NCBI GenBank assembly: GCA_030390025.1
Contig: CM059433.1
Span: forward strand, 23,066,001 to 23,126,000
Origin: Squalus acanthias
Lineage: Eukaryota
Direction of reading: 5' to 3'
Length of the DNA: 60,000 nucleotides
Shown one piece after another: positions 38,826 to 48,779 of this stretch; within the stretch, counting starts at the first letter, position 1, and every line of letters begins with the position of its first letter. The translations under genes and the position numbers were made by a program. The notes below the pieces were generated by a model. It was not told where the DNA came from and did no database searches. It saw nothing but the letters and a program-made list of their open reading frames with translations.

Positions 38826-39657
38826 AGGCTGGATTTTGTCAATGGGAACGTGATGGAGGCGGGACTCCCACTTTTTGGGTTGTAGTCCCGCCTCCATCGA
38901 CTTGTGGCCAACCCACTGTATTTTCCCTTGATTGACCTTGTTAAGGCCACCCAGCGGGCTTAGCAGGCTAATCAAGGGTTCCTTGGATACAGGTGACGTC
39001 AACCATTGAAATTTCATCTGTCAAGAGCTTTTGACAGATGAAATTTCAGCGTTTGACAGCTCTGTGAAGCTGTCAAACACTGACAATATGATTTCTAACT
39101 TGAGTCCCTGTACTTAGATTCAGTTAGAAATCAATCCAGCACAGAAAGCAGAGACTGCAGCTTTTGACAGCTCCGCAGCCATTCTGCTTTCTGTGCCGTG
39201 GCTGTGAGGGACTCGCGACACCTTAAGGAAGCTAGCCTGCAGGACAAAGTTAAGGTAAGTAAAAGTTCTTAAAACACTTTACACACACCAAACACACTTA
39301 CCTCTGCACTCATGCACCCATCACTCACCTGCACACCGGACATCTCGACCCCTCCAAGCCCTCCAGACCGACGGTCCGCCTCGCTAAATCGGCGTGGTTC
39401 GGACCTGTCGGGAAGCCCACACTTCAGGGCTAAAAATAGGAATTAGGCAAAAAACTACCTGTTAACTACCTGTTAAAAGGCAGTTTATTGGCACTAATCC
39501 CCTTCCCGCCTTGGGGAGGTGGGTCCCAGCACAGGTCGGGTACCCGCCTCCTGGGAAACTGGCATGGAGGCGGGTTGGGGGCGGGATGGGTTCGGGACCC
39601 ACAAATCTGCTATTTTCACACCACTCCTGCCTCCATGGGCCGGTGAAAATTGAGCCC
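38826..39657 (-). mobile_element. MITE family B inserted in CR1 ORF2
   Basis: TIRs AGGCTGGATTTT / AAAATTGAGCCC, TSD AAA/AAA; reverse homolog of 32167-33011. Confidence 0.88.
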
Positions 39658-40226
39658 AAAGTATTTGTTTAATTTCCCTGCCATTCCCTTGTTCCCCGTT
39701 ATAATTTCTCCTGTCTCAGCCTGTAAGGGACCCACATTTACTTTCGCTAATCTTTTCCTTTTTATTTATCTATAGAAACTTTTACAGTCTGTTTTTATGT
39801 CTCTCGCTAGCTTACTCTCATATCCTATTCCCTTTCTTTATCAATTTCTTGGTCCTCCTTTGCTGAATTCTAAAATCCTCCCAATCCTCAGGCTTACTAT
39901 TTTTGGCAACATTATAAGCCTCTATCTTTGATCTAATACTATCTTTAACTTCTCTTGTTCGCCACGGTTGGACCACTTTTCCTGTGGGGATTTTGTGCCT
40001 TAAAAGGAATGTATATTTGTTGTAAATTATGTATTAATTCTTTAAATGCTAGCCATTGCTTGTCTACCGTCATACCTTTTAAAGTAGTTTTCCAATCTAC
40101 CTTAGCCAACTCGCCCCTCATGCCTACGCAGTTTGCTTTGTTTAGATTTAAGACCCTAGTTTCAGATTTAATTAAATCACTTTCAAACTCAATATAAAAT
40201 TCTATCATATTATGGTTACTCTTCCC

Positions 40227-40830
40227 TTAAGGCCCCTTTACTACAAGGTTATTAATTAACCCTTTCTCGTTGTATAATACTAGATCTAAAATAGCTTGTT
40301 CCCTAGTTGGTTCCTCAACATACTGATCTAGAAAACTATCTTGTATACATTCCATGAATTTGTCCTCCACACTATTACTGCAAATGTGGTTTGACCAGTC
40401 TATATGTGGATTAAAGTCCTCCATGATTACTGTATTACCCTTGTTACATGCGCCTCTAATTTCCTGATTTATACCCTGCCCTACATTACAACTACTGTTT
40501 GAGGGCCTATAAACAACTCCCACCAATGTTTTCTGCCCCTTGCTGTTTCTTAGCTGCTCCCAAACTGATTCTACTTCTTGATTTTCGGAGTTAAGATCTT
40601 TTCTCTCTACTATCTTTGTCCCATCCTTTATCATCATGGCTACTACTCCTCCTTTTCCATTTTGCCTATCTCTTCTAAAAGTTAAGTATCCTGGAATATT
40701 TAGTTCCCAACCTTGGCCACATTGCAACCACGTCTCCATAATGGCTATTAGATCAAACCTATTCATTTCTATCTGCACTATTAATTCATCTGTTTTGTTG
40801 CAAATGCTTCGCAGATTCAGATATATAGTG
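40227..40830 (-). pseudogene. CR1 ORF2 APE endonuclease segment
   Basis: DLIAIMETWL, RRDR..GKGG, VGVVYRP, EDFN and AILDLVL motifs. Confidence 0.9.
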
Positions 40831-41028
40831 CCTTTAGCTTTGACTTATTTCTATTTTTCCCTGATGTCACCTTAGTCACTGATGCCTTATTAACTTTGTT
40901 ACTCTCTCTGTCCCTTCCTGACCCACTCTGCTTATTTTTACCCAAAATTCTACTCTGCTCTAGAGCCTTGACATTTCTCTCGCTGCTTTTAAATTTACTC
41001 TTTCCTGAATCCTCCCACCCCTCCTTCA

Positions 41029-41824
41029 TTACTTTAAAGCTCTGTCTACTGCCCTAGTTATTCGGTTCGCCAGGACACTGGTCCCAGCCCGGTTTAAGTG
41101 GAGCCCGTCCCAACGGAACAGCTCCCTCTTTCCCCAGTACTGGTGCCAGTGCCCCATGAACTGAAACCCCTTCCTCCCACACCACTCTTTGAGCCACGCA
41201 TTTAAACCTCTAATCTGTTTGTCCCTATGCCAATTTGTGCGTGGCTCAGGTAACAATCCAGAGGGTCTGCTTTTTAATTTGGATCCTAGCACCTCAAACT
41301 CCCTCAGCAGAACCTGATTCCTAGTTCTGCCTATGTTGTTGGTTTCTGTGTGGACCATGACAATTGGATCCTCCCCCTCCCACTCCAAGTTCTCCTCCAG
41401 CCGTGAGGAGATGTCTTTAACCCTGGCACCAGGCAAGCAACACAATCTTCAGAACTCTCGATCGCGGCTGCAGAGAACAGTATCTGTCCCCCTGACTATA
41501 CTGTCCTCTATTACAACTACATTCACTTTCACTCCCCCTCACTTGAATAGCCTCCTGCACATTGGTGCCATGGTCGGCTTGCTGATCCATCTTACAGACT
41601 TTTCCCTCATCCGCGCAGGCAGCAAGAACCTCATACCTGTTGGACAAGGGCAAAGGCTGAGGCTCCTGCAGCACTGCACCTGGGGTCCCCTTACCTGCCT
41701 GAGTTGCAGTCATAACCTCCTGTCCCTGACCACCAACCAGACCTGTACCACTACCTAACTTAAGGGGTGTGACTGCCTCCTGGATCAAAGTTTCCAGGTA
41801 ACTCTCCCATCCCTGATGCTCCAC
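41029..41824 (-). pseudogene. CR1 ORF1 with SGNH/GDSL esterase domain (frameshifted)
   Basis: IxDSIVRG block, CCLPGARVKD, VHTETNN and WDGLHLN motifs. Confidence 0.85.
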
Positions 41825-42671
41825 AATGTCTGCACCTCAGACTACAGCTCTTCATCTAGATTAAGTTATGGGTACTGAAATTAAATATCTACCTGTAACA
41901 CAAAGCACTACAAGTAGTGTAGGCAAAAAGCAACAACTCCTTCCCCGAATTCACACTCTTTCCAAATTCCCAAATAAAAAACTCTGTTTAAGTACACTGT
42001 GTTTTAATCCCACTCTGTGCAGACCGCTCTGTGCTCTGCAGACCTGTTTACTCTTATACTCTAGGAGCCTCACCCAATAAACAAGTGTTAACTCAGCTCC
42101 ACTGCTCCTGGTGATTAGCACCTATTCAAGACAAACACTTACAGCTGACTGTCAGTTAACTCCCACTGGCAGGCAGCTTCTGTTAACTACAGTTTTTAAA
42201 GTTCTAGGTTAAAATCAAAATGTTAAACTAAATTTTACGTTTTACATCTACTAATTACCCAATACTTACCAGAAATTCCCACCCTTTCCAAATTCCCAAA
42301 TAAAACACTCTGGGGTAGAAATTAGGTCGCGCCCCATTTGGGGCGCAAATATCGTCCGGACGCACATATTAGCGCCTGGCGCTAATTATTGGCACTGACA
42401 GGAAACTTCACTTTTACCGCCCCGGGAGGTGAGTGGAGCGCTAAAGCAGGCGCTGCACACCTGTCTTAAGGCGCAAAGGCCAAGGAGTGAGGCGCTAACT
42501 CAGCGCGCGAGCGCAGCGCAGCTGCTGCCAGTTAGCGAGGGAACACAGACACACTGGCGCCGGACACTTCTTAAAGCGGGGGGGGGGGCACTTGCTCCCC
42601 AGCCACACCCTGCTCATTGCAGCCTTGAATCTCAGCCTGGAGAGACCTGTGAATCCATTTTGCTGCCAAGC

Positions 42672-44602
42672 ATGGAGAGGGTGAGAGAACGCGCTCATCA
42701 CTTCACCGAGCGGGCCTTGGATGCTCTGGTTGACGCAGTGGAGCGCAGACGATGTATGCTGTTCCCTGAGAGTGGCAGGAGGCCTTTGCCACGCGAGTTC
42801 AGAAGAGTGTGGAGGGAGGTGGCTCAGAGCGTCTCCTCCAGGAGCATGGTGCCCAGGACCCATACTCAATGCCGCAAAAAGTTCAACGACCTCACTCGGG
42901 TCGTCAGGGTGAGTGGCTTTTTCTCAATACCTCTCCATCCCTCCATCTCAACCTCACTCTATGGCCAGAGGGTCTTAAAACCCCAATGCACAACACTCAT
43001 CCAACATCTATGGCCCTTTCATCAAACACACACACACATTCCACACTTTGCATACAGTAAGGGCTATTCACCTATGGGAGGCACATCAGGCAAGACCATG
43101 GCTGCATATTGTAAGGGCTATTCACCTATGGGAGGCACATCAGGCAAGACCATGGCTGCATACAGTAAGGGCTATTCACCTATGGGAGGCACATCAGGCA
43201 AGACCATGGCTGCATATTGTAAGGGCTATTCATCTATGGGAGGCACATCAGGCAAGACCATGGCTGTATATTTACTCAGATGCTGTCCTTTTTCTTGCAG
43301 GCTAAGCTGGCTCATAATAGGAGACAGCAGCAACGGACAGGTGGAGGGCGGCTTCAGCTGCAACCCCTCAGCGATCTGGAGGAGCGCGTCCACAGGATTG
43401 TGGCAAGCCGGGTGATCGGTCCCGTCGCCACTGGAGACGCCGACCCCGTTCTGGACAGCAATGGTAAGGTCATCACCTTTTTGTCCTCTGTCCTTCCACT
43501 TGTCCCTCACAACACCAGCCTTTGACACTTTCAATCCAACTTGCTAACTCGCTGCACTTATTCCTCCCTTACTGCCACCCTGTCCTCACGCTAAAGCCAC
43601 TCTTGTACCTCCCTGCTTTCAGATGGTGATTCACCAGCTGAGGAGACGGGCCCTGAAGCTGCCACTGGGCGTGATGCTGCAGCTGAGGAGGAAGAGGAAG
43701 CCAGAGCATCAGTGCCACCCTCTCCCGAGGAAGCCCATGCCCACACTGGGAACACGCCTTCCCCGGAGGGGAGCAGGGGGGAAGGGGCTGATGATGGTGA
43801 AGCTCCAGGACCCAGCGGGCTGCAGCAACGCCATGGGGGGGGTAGGGAAGAACGGGGGCCTTCTCCCCAGAGGGAGAGTATGCCAGACACTCCTACTGCA
43901 ATGGACGCAGAGGAGGAGCGGCTGATTGCAGAAATGAATACCCAGGCGGTGTGCATGCACACTGAGCTCATGGGTGCAGTGGGAAGGGTGCCCGAATGCA
44001 TTGAGTCACTGGCAAGGAGTGTGGAGCACTTCGCTGTAGCACAGGCGGATGCCACACTAACGCTTAGTGCTGCAATTCAGTCACTGGCTGCCGTGATCCC
44101 ACCTCTGACTGCTCTCATACAGACTCAGATGGAGGCCACGCGAGCACAGACTGCTGCCAACCTCGATGGTTCGTGCACATGTCCCCGGGGCTGTCACCGC
44201 GCCGCAGCAGGCCAGCAATCTGTTCTCCGGCAGATTGCTCCGGATGCTGAAGTGCTGCCCCGTGGGAGTGCCAGTGTGTCGGGCGAGCAGGGAGTTGCTG
44301 GCCTCTCTCACGATGACAGCATTCCTGCTGCCAACACTGTCACTTCTCCACTGCACTTGCCACCGCCTGTAGGACAGACTGCTGCCGCCCATGCAGAGTT
44401 GGTGCAGTCTGCAGCCGGGCCCTCCAGGCCCAGAAGTGGTCGAGGCCGTCCTTCAGGGGCATCTGCAGTGTCAGGGTCTGACGAGCAGCAGCCTTCCACC
44501 AGCCTTGCTGCAGCCACTGAGGTCCCATTACGGAGGAGCAGTAGGGTTAGAAGGGGGGAAGTGCGCAAGGGAAGGAGATCACCCTCGAAGGGCAAAAAGT
44601 AG
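42672..44602 (+). CDS. Harbinger Myb/SANT-like DNA-binding protein (NAIF1/Myb_DNA-bind_5 type). Exons 42672-42908, 43301-43463, 43623-44602; 459 aa.
   Basis: FTERALDALVDAVERRR...VWREVAQSV...QCRKKFNDL motif. GTGAGT and GTAAGG donors, TTGCAG and TTTCAG acceptors, phases 0 and 1, giving one open frame of 1380 nt. Confidence 0.88.
43050..43265 (+). repeat. Minisatellite, 4 x 54 bp, in Myb intron 1
   Basis: Unit GCATA(CA/TT)GTAAGGGCTATTCACCTATGGGAGGCACATCAGGCAAGACCATGGCT at 43050, 43104, 43158 and 43212. Confidence 0.95.
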
Positions 44603-44896
44603 GAGGTGTGACAAAATGCTGGTCATTTTTTTATTAAAGGCCGAGGTTCATGGTCCAACTTTTGTTTAGTGTTTTGGACATTATCTCCAGGTTGTGAGAA
44701 CCAGTTATGTTATTGACTGTTTTTTTGTGTTTATTTCTATGAGTTTGTCATGAGGAATTGACACACACAGAGTTTGTAAAATAAATAAGTTTCTGTATTC
44801 AAAATATACATGGCTGGTGGTTGGAATTATTGGTGCCTTGGCCGGCTTAGGGGTTGCGTGCTGGGTTGATTAGTGTTTGTAGCAATGGCAGGGGCC

Positions 44897-46057
44897 CTAG
44901 AAGCGGCTTGCTATTAGTCGTTGACGGACGGCCCTTGCAGTTTGACCATTGTGGGCCGCCCTCCTGCCTTGGTGCTGCTGATGATCATCGTCCTCGTCCT
45001 CTTCCTCCTCTTCCTCCTCCTCCTCTGGTGGTGCTACAAGGCCTGGTGGCATTGGCTGGGTCCTGAGGATTGCCATGTTGTGCAACATGCAGCACACGAC
45101 TACGAAGTTCGAAACTTGCTCAGGCGAGTACTGCAGGGCTCCTCCGGAATGGTCCAGACAGCGGAACCGTTGTTTCAGCACGCCGATTGTGCGCTCAATA
45201 ATGTTCCTGCTTGCTTGATGGCTTTCATTGTACCGCAGCTCAGCAGGGGTGTTTGGCGTACGGAGCGGTGTCATCAGCCAGGTGCTCAATGCGTACCCCT
45301 TGTCCCCCAGAAGCCAACCAACTGGCTGATGCGGTGCCTCGAAAACTTCTGCCACAGTAGTCTGGCGCAGGATGAAAGCATCGTGGCAGCTGCCCGGATA
45401 GTGGGCATTGACAGCGAGTATCACCTGTCTGTGGTCACAGACCAACTGCACATTCAAGGAATGGAACCCCTTTCTGTTCCTGAATTCCTCTGCATTCTCT
45501 CGCGGAGCACGCAAAGCCACATGCGTGCAGTCAATGGCGCACTGCACCATGGGGAAGCCTGCTACCCTCGCAAAGCCCAGAGCACGGTCACGCTGCTTGT
45601 CTGGGGTCATAGGGAAAGAGATGAAGTCTCGTCTCCTTCTGAAGAGGGCATTGGTGACCTGCCGGATGCAGCGATGCACCGCAAACTGGGAGATATTGGC
45701 GAGGTCCCCAACAGCAGCTTGGAATGAGCCAGTGGCGTAGAAGTTCAAAGCCACTGTGACCTTCACTGCCACCGACAGAGACGTCCTGGACCTCAGCTGA
45801 GGCTGCAGATCTGGCTGCAGCAGGTGGCAGAGCTCAGTGACCACCTCCTTGCTGAATCGCAGTCTTCGCAAACACAGCTCCTCGGACATATGGATGTAGG
45901 AGAGCTGTTCACGATATACCTTGGGAGGGTAAGCTCTCCTGTACATGCGCCTGATGGCCCTCCTCCGTCTGGCCATCATTGCCACTCTCTGTCTGCGTCT
46001 CGGTATCCTCCGATTCAGCTGGAGCAGGACGACGCCCCCAATCAGTGCAGCCCCCAT
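44897..46057 (-). CDS. Harbinger DDE transposase (HARBI1-like, DDE_Tnp_4), 386 aa from the first ATG
   Basis: Uninterrupted ORF with AIDCTH, NRKGFHSLNVQ, PGSCHD, LLGDKGY and RNIIERTIGVLKQRFRCL motifs, plus an N-terminal HTH-like region. Confidence 0.95.
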   Translation of the reverse strand: MGAALIGGVVLLQLNRRIPRRRQRVAMMARRRRAIRRMYRRAYPPKVYREQLSYIHMSEELCLRRLRFSKEVVTELCHLLQPDLQPQLRSRTSLSVAVKVTVALNFYATGSFQAAVGDLANISQFAVHRCIRQVTNALFRRRRDFISFPMTPDKQRDRALGFARVAGFPMVQCAIDCTHVALRAPRENAEEFRNRKGFHSLNVQLVCDHRQVILAVNAHYPGSCHDAFILRQTTVAEVFEAPHQPVGWLLGDKGYALSTWLMTPLRTPNTPAELRYNESHQASRNIIERTIGVLKQRFRCLDHSGGALQYSPEQVSNFVVVCCMLHNMAILRTQPMPPGLVAPPEEEEEEEEEDEDDDHQQHQGRRAAHNGQTARAVRQRLIASRF

Positions 46058-46249
46058 ATTCTCTTTGCCAGAAAAGTAATGAGGTACAGCAACTAAAGTA
46101 GCAACAAAGTTAGGATGAATAGGCAAAACTACCTCACAAAGCGTTGAGTCAATGTAGAAGTCTCTCTCTCTCTCTCTCCGAATCTCTCTCTCTCTCTCAG
46201 AACGAGTGGTGCATAAATGTCGACCACAGAAAAAGACAGGAAGAGGCCC

Positions 46250-46396
46250 CCTTTAAATAGCGCCCCCCCCAGCCCCACACCGATTGATAGCGTTCCAGTC
46301 TTCCGGTCGTTGGAAGCGCCAGGCGGTAAGGCAGGGGGCGCCACTCAATTTCCGCTCCGGGGCGCCACAAGGGCGTTGCACCATGGAATGACGTCA
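46250..46396 (-). promoter_or_regulatory. Candidate transposase promoter: TATTTAAA box and CRE palindrome
   Basis: TATA-like box at 46259-46252 and TGACGTCA at 46389-46396. The same arrangement occurs at 24437/24574 and 28714/28848. Confidence 0.55.
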
Positions 46397-46629
46397 TAAT
46401 CTGCGCGCGCAGGTGGTCGCAGCGGTAAGTTTTAGCGCCGCCGCACAATCTCAAGTTAAGTTCTCGAGCGGCGCAAACATCGCTGCGCCCGGGCGTTAGC
46501 GGCTTAACGCCCCATTAGCGCCCTCTTAAGGCGCTAACAGGAGGCGCAACCAAGTGAATTTTTACCCCTCTGTTTCAGTACACTCTGTTTTAATCCTGCG
46601 CTGTGAGTTGTTCACACAGAGAAGCTCGT

Positions 46630-47740
46630 GATGAGTGGCGCCATGGCTGCTTTTGATTGGACTGAGGAAGAGGAGGAGAATGAAGATCAATGACAGCAAG
46701 GGCGTGCTATGGAGGGAGCTTCAGGTGGCCAGCGGAGAAGAGAGCAACAGAGTGGAGGAGCTCGTAGGAGGCCCTACCCACCTAACAGGGTCTGCAGACA
46801 GAGACTCAGCTTTCTTGACCCCTTGGAGGAGCAGTGCTTCCGAAGGATGAGACTATCACGTCAGGTGGTGGCAGACATCTGCAGTCTTCTATGCCTGCTG
46901 GACCTGGCAGTCACCACCGCCCTCAATTTCTTTGCCTTTGGCTCCTTCCAGGCTTGGAGACACAGCGAGGGTCTCGCAGTCGGCTGCACATAAATGCATA
47001 AGGCAGGTGACGGACGGATTGTTTGCCAGGGTTGGAGGTATGTACACTCCACCTGTGATGACAATAGCCAGAATGAGTGGGCACCTTGCATTCGAGTCTC
47101 TGGCTGGATTCCCACAGGTTAAAGGGGCCATCGACTGCACACATGTGGCAATCTGAGCACCACCAGATCAACCAGGAGTATTCGAAAACCACGAGGAATT
47201 TTATTCCATTAAAGTGCAGCTGGTGTACAACCACAAAAAAAGGTTCATATAGGTTTACGCCAGATTCCCTGGAAGCTGCCAAGACGCTTTCATACAGTGG
47301 CAGTCCAACATCCCTGACCCATTCAGACCTGGAACCAGCCTTAATGGGTGACTACTAGGTGACAAGGGATACCCACTTCAAGCACTAGCTGATGACACCT
47401 CTGAGGAACCCCAGCGATGAACACCAGGAGTGCTACAACATGAGCTATATGACAACCAGATGTGTCATCGAGCAAGCAATCGGCATGCTGAAGTTGGGCT
47501 TCAGGTGCCTGGACAGGTCTGGAGGCACCTTTCAGTACTCACCAGCAAGGGTCTCAAGGATAATCGTGGTGTGCTGTGCCTGCACAACATAGCGCAGCAG
47601 CGAGGACTGAAGGTTCAGGGGGAAGATCTGATGAGGATTCCAATGGCGCGGATTCCAATGGGGCGCCCAATGCAAGACCAGCGTATCACTTTGCTGCTCG
47701 AGTTGCCAGGGATGCCCTAATAGCTCGAAGGTTCAGTTAG
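46630..47740 (+). pseudogene. Degenerate Harbinger transposase
   Basis: GFPQVKGAIDCTHVAI, GDKGYP, MTPLRNP and RCVIEQAIGMLKLGFRCLDRSGG motifs, broken by frameshifts and stops. Confidence 0.9.
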
Positions 47741-47945
47741 TCACTCACACTGGACCAATGTCATGATACCATTGCCCCTTACACAAACAGTCCTGTAACC
47801 ATTTATCCACTGGCTCCAATTCCAGCAATTGGTGTCAGTCAATTCATCTCTCCACGTTCAGTACCAAACAAATGAAAAGCAGAATGGGCACTCGTCATTC
47901 AATAATGGGGCACACGGGAAAGTGGTGTGAATTTATAAATTTAAT

Positions 47946-48721
47946 GGCCCGTATTTTCCGATCCCTACGGGTGTGTACAAGCTGCGTACACACCCGTAGG
48001 GACCTCGCAAGTGCCGGTTTCAGGCATGCGAAGCGCATGCGCTGAAAACCGACACTTCCGATCTGTCAAGAATGCTCTTGACAGATCCTCCGCCTGCCCG
48101 GGAGAAGGGCCTTTGCGGGGGGAGAGTTCCGCTTTCTGCAGAACATTCGCCCGCTGAAATCCTTTAAAAATCTTACGCCTGGTAAAAGCAGGCATAAGGC
48201 CTGCTTTTACCAGCATAAGAGTTTAAAAAAGTTTCAAAAACTTTTTTCACTCATTTATAATTTAAAAATACCTTTAAAAAAGGTAAGTTTATTTTTAGCC
48301 CCGTAAAAAACTTTAATTTTTTTTTCAAAAAATTAAATTTTTGTTTAATTTTTTTTATTTAATGCCATTTTAACTAATTTTAAAAACGTGATTTAAAAAA
48401 AAATGTATTTAATGTTTTGATGTGTTCTTGGAGTGATCTCCATTCATACTTTTGACGGGTCTAAGCTGAGAGACCTGTCCAAAGCATGAAGGGGGATTCC
48501 CTTCTTTCATTGGTTCCCCATGGCCCACCTGATCCCAGGGACGCTTGTGAACCGCTTGCGCCCCGGGATACCTGGGCCCTGCTCATTTCGTAGTGGAAAG
48601 GCCCAGGAGCGGAAATGTCCGGACCTCCGGAGCCCTCCGGAGCCCTCCGGTAAGGACGTAGATTTTTTTCCCGATCGGAGGCCTCCGCATGCAGGTAGCC
48701 TCCGATCAGAAAATACGGGCC
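47946..48721 (+). mobile_element. MITE family A
   Basis: Perfect 13-bp TIR GGCCCGTATTTTC / GAAAATACGGGCC; flanks AAT/ATT. Confidence 0.88.
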
Positions 48722-48779
48722 ATTGTGATACAACAAAAGAATTTCAGTAACAAATATTAAAAAAAACACCCATGTGCTT

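Larger units (their letters stand above)
42312..46568. mobile_element. Intact autonomous PIF/Harbinger DNA transposon (4257 bp)
   Basis: TIRs GGGGTAGAAATT / AATTTTTACCCC, TSD TCT (42309-11, 46569-71), and two intact convergent genes. Confidence 0.95.
36688..46629 (-). mobile_element. Near-full-length CR1 LINE (SGNH ORF1, APE-RT ORF2), disrupted by two MITEs and the autonomous Harbinger
   Basis: Tail TTCTTATGTTCTTAC, RT at 36939-37418, KSPGPDG region at 38420-38820, endonuclease at 40227-40830, ORF1 at 41029-41824. The 5' region continues past 46571. Confidence 0.88.

Noticed and set aside
38271..39017. 248-aa ORF as a novel fusion protein
   Set aside because: A CR1 ORF2 segment read through into two flanking MITEs.
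43050..43265. CRISPR-like array
   Set aside because: Head-to-tail repeats with no unique spacers, in a eukaryotic intron.
42429..43415. 328-aa ORF as the real protein
   Set aside because: It has a GTG start and reads through intron 1; the spliced model is better supported.
44921..45727. 268-aa plus-strand ORF
   Set aside because: Antisense shadow of the transposase with no motifs.
44897..46126. Calling this ORF the domesticated host gene HARBI1, or using the 409-aa start
   Set aside because: It lies between TIRs with a TSD and a Myb partner, so it is a transposon gene. The 46126 start is non-ATG; the first ATG is at 46057.
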